Below are positions 62,927 to 64,000 of a DNA stretch of 64,000 bases, piece after piece. Location: positions 7,649-71,648 of the IMG/VR virus record IMGVR_UViG_3300033416_000001. One strand, written 5' to 3'. The stretch is from a virus (lineage: Duplodnaviria > Caudoviricetes). The notes beneath the pieces were generated by a model. It did not search any database. It was not told the DNA's origin and saw only the letters and a list, made by a program, of their open reading frames with translations. The number at the start of each line of letters is the position of its first letter. The first letter of the stretch is position 1. Position numbers and translations under genes: made by a program.

Positions 62927-63205
62927 GTCGCCTCTCCTTCTGCTCGGCTTCCAGGACGGCGGCGATGGCACAGACTAATTCCGGCACAACTGGACGCCCA
63001 TCCTGTTTTTGCCATTCCGCCTCAAATCTGCAATCCATAGCATCCCACTTTCCACTCTCTAGTACCTTCCTCACCGCCTGCGCCAGCAACACATCGCGCT
63101 CTAACTCCGCCAGCTTCCCGGCAGTCACCAGGACAGGCGTACCAGGGTCAACCGGGCGGTTGTCGATGGCATCAAAGTCAGTCATGTCGCCTCTCCTTTT
63201 GCTCG
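62836..63205. repeat. 111-bp imperfect direct repeat (62836-62946 and 63095-63205)
   Basis: Both copies cover RBS plus first ~30 codons of adjacent genes. Confidence 0.85.
62919..63185 (-). CDS. hypothetical protein sharing N-terminus with previous ORF
   Basis: MTDFDAIDNRPVDPGTPVLVTAGKLAELER. Confidence 0.7.
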   Translation of the reverse strand: MTDFDAIDNRPVDPGTPVLVTAGKLAELERDVLLAQAVRKVLESGKWDAMDCRFEAEWQKQDGRPVVPELVCAIAAVLEAEQKERRHD

Positions 63206-63538
63206 ATCCAGGGCATCGGCGATGGCGCGCAGTAGGTATGCCTCGGCGTAGTTGAAACAGCCGATAGCAAGCAGCGCACTGGCCTGTTGCCGCAGGAACT
63301 GTTGCGCCGGGCGGCGCGCCTCGAATTCGAACTTTGCCGCGGCACCAACCAGCTCTTCGCTGGCGAGTGCCCGCCGCTCGGAGTCGGTGTCGCGCTCAAC
63401 TTTCTCCGCGCCGGCACTAAGCGCCGGGTAATCTTCCCAAAACACCCGATACAGACCTGGGCGATAGCTGCGGTAAATTGGCCCATCGAACTGGTTTTGG
63501 CTATGAAGTTTGCGCGGCCCGTAATCGTTCCTATTCAT
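63182..63538 (-). CDS. hypothetical protein
   Basis: 118-aa ORF, RBS GGGAG. Confidence 0.6.
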   Translation of the reverse strand: MNRNDYGPRKLHSQNQFDGPIYRSYRPGLYRVFWEDYPALSAGAEKVERDTDSERRALASEELVGAAAKFEFEARRPAQQFLRQQASALLAIGCFNYAEAYLLRAIADALDRAKGEAT

Positions 63539-63541
63539 GTG

Positions 63542-63853
63542 TCATCTCCCGCGTCGTCTTCCGCCACACACCACCCGCCCATTGATGGCTCCACCACCTA
63601 TCGCGGAGCGGCTGGCGGTCTTGGCCTGGGCCCGCGCGGCGATCTCGTTATTCTTCTTGGTCTGGGCCAGGCTTGCCGATAGCTGCGCCTCCTCGGCGGC
63701 AGTCTTGGGCATCCAACATGGGCAGCCCCGATGGCCTCGCCCCGGAGGGTAATCCTTGCAAGTCAAACAGTGAAAGTCCTGGCAGGGCGGGACGCGGGCG
63801 CAGCCCAGGCATCTGGTGCCAGAGCAGGGCGGCAGGTTGCGGTTGGTAGCCAT
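63542..63853 (-). CDS. Cys-rich hypothetical protein
   Basis: C-rich N-term; RBS GGAGGA. Confidence 0.55.
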   Translation of the reverse strand: MATNRNLPPCSGTRCLGCARVPPCQDFHCLTCKDYPPGRGHRGCPCWMPKTAAEEAQLSASLAQTKKNNEIAARAQAKTASRSAIGGGAINGRVVCGGRRRGR

Positions 63854-63862
63854 ATCATCCTC

Positions 63863-64000
63863 CTAGAAGTCCTGCGCCTCGGTGATTTCCACGTCTGCCT
63901 CGCCTGTCGGTATCTCTCCAGATTCAGTGAGCGTAACCACATCCTCGCAGAGGATGTCCTTGATGCCGCCAGCGCGGAACGCCGTGCTGATCTTGCGGGC
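63863..64000 (-). CDS. hypothetical protein (5' end outside window)
   Basis: Open frame ARKISTAFRAGG...EAQDF ending TAG at 63863. Confidence 0.55.
   Translation of the reverse strand, partial: ARKISTAFRAGGIKDILCEDVVTLTESGEIPTGEADVEITEAQDF

Noticed and set aside
1-64000. Prophage boundaries, integrase or att site
   Set aside because: No recombinase, flanking host genes or att-like repeats in the window; lifestyle cannot be called

Overview
The window is part of a tailed dsDNA phage genome (high GC, roughly 60% by eye) and both ends fall inside genes. The host is probably Chloroflexota (Anaerolineae-like), inferred from a YLPLV motif and from DNRLRE/Thr-Pro-linker secreted-protein architecture. 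There are three blocks. (1) 1-9.8 kb: leftward small early-type genes behind four copies of a conserved promoter/operator. They include four tandem paralogs of an unnamed domain, a HhH-glycosylase-like gene, a candidate T3-type SAM lyase bracketed by twin palindromes, and an acidic Ala-rich protein. (2) 9.87-10.5 kb: a divergent control hub with a 21-unit two-letter heptamer array, a sigma70-type promoter and about 340 nt of highly structured non-coding sequence ending in a tRNA-like fold. A rightward late operon follows (10.5-50.3 kb). It holds a C92 amidase, TerS/TerL, a T4 gp20-like portal, a ChaB-protease-scaffold and a T4 gp23-like capsid, interleaved with six glycosyltransferases, three methyltransferase domains and an NTP-transferase. 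It continues with a siphovirus-like tail (frameshifted chaperone, 1160-aa tape measure, PKD/LamG hub) and two roughly 1580-aa adhesin/hydrolase-like proteins. (3) 50.4-64 kb: leftward replication and accessory genes (Hjc-type resolvase, degenerate primase-like protein, ArsR-type HTH, radical SAM, DnaB, DnaD-type initiator with internal iterons, NDT-like, two Lar-domain proteins, RlpA-like protein). No integrase, CRISPR array, reverse transcriptase or canonical tRNA was seen. The most notable candidates are the structured RNA at the early/late divergence, the large virion glycosylation/methylation module, and the early anti-defence cassette with its dedicated promoter motif. All protein family calls come from motif recognition by eye, not from database searches.
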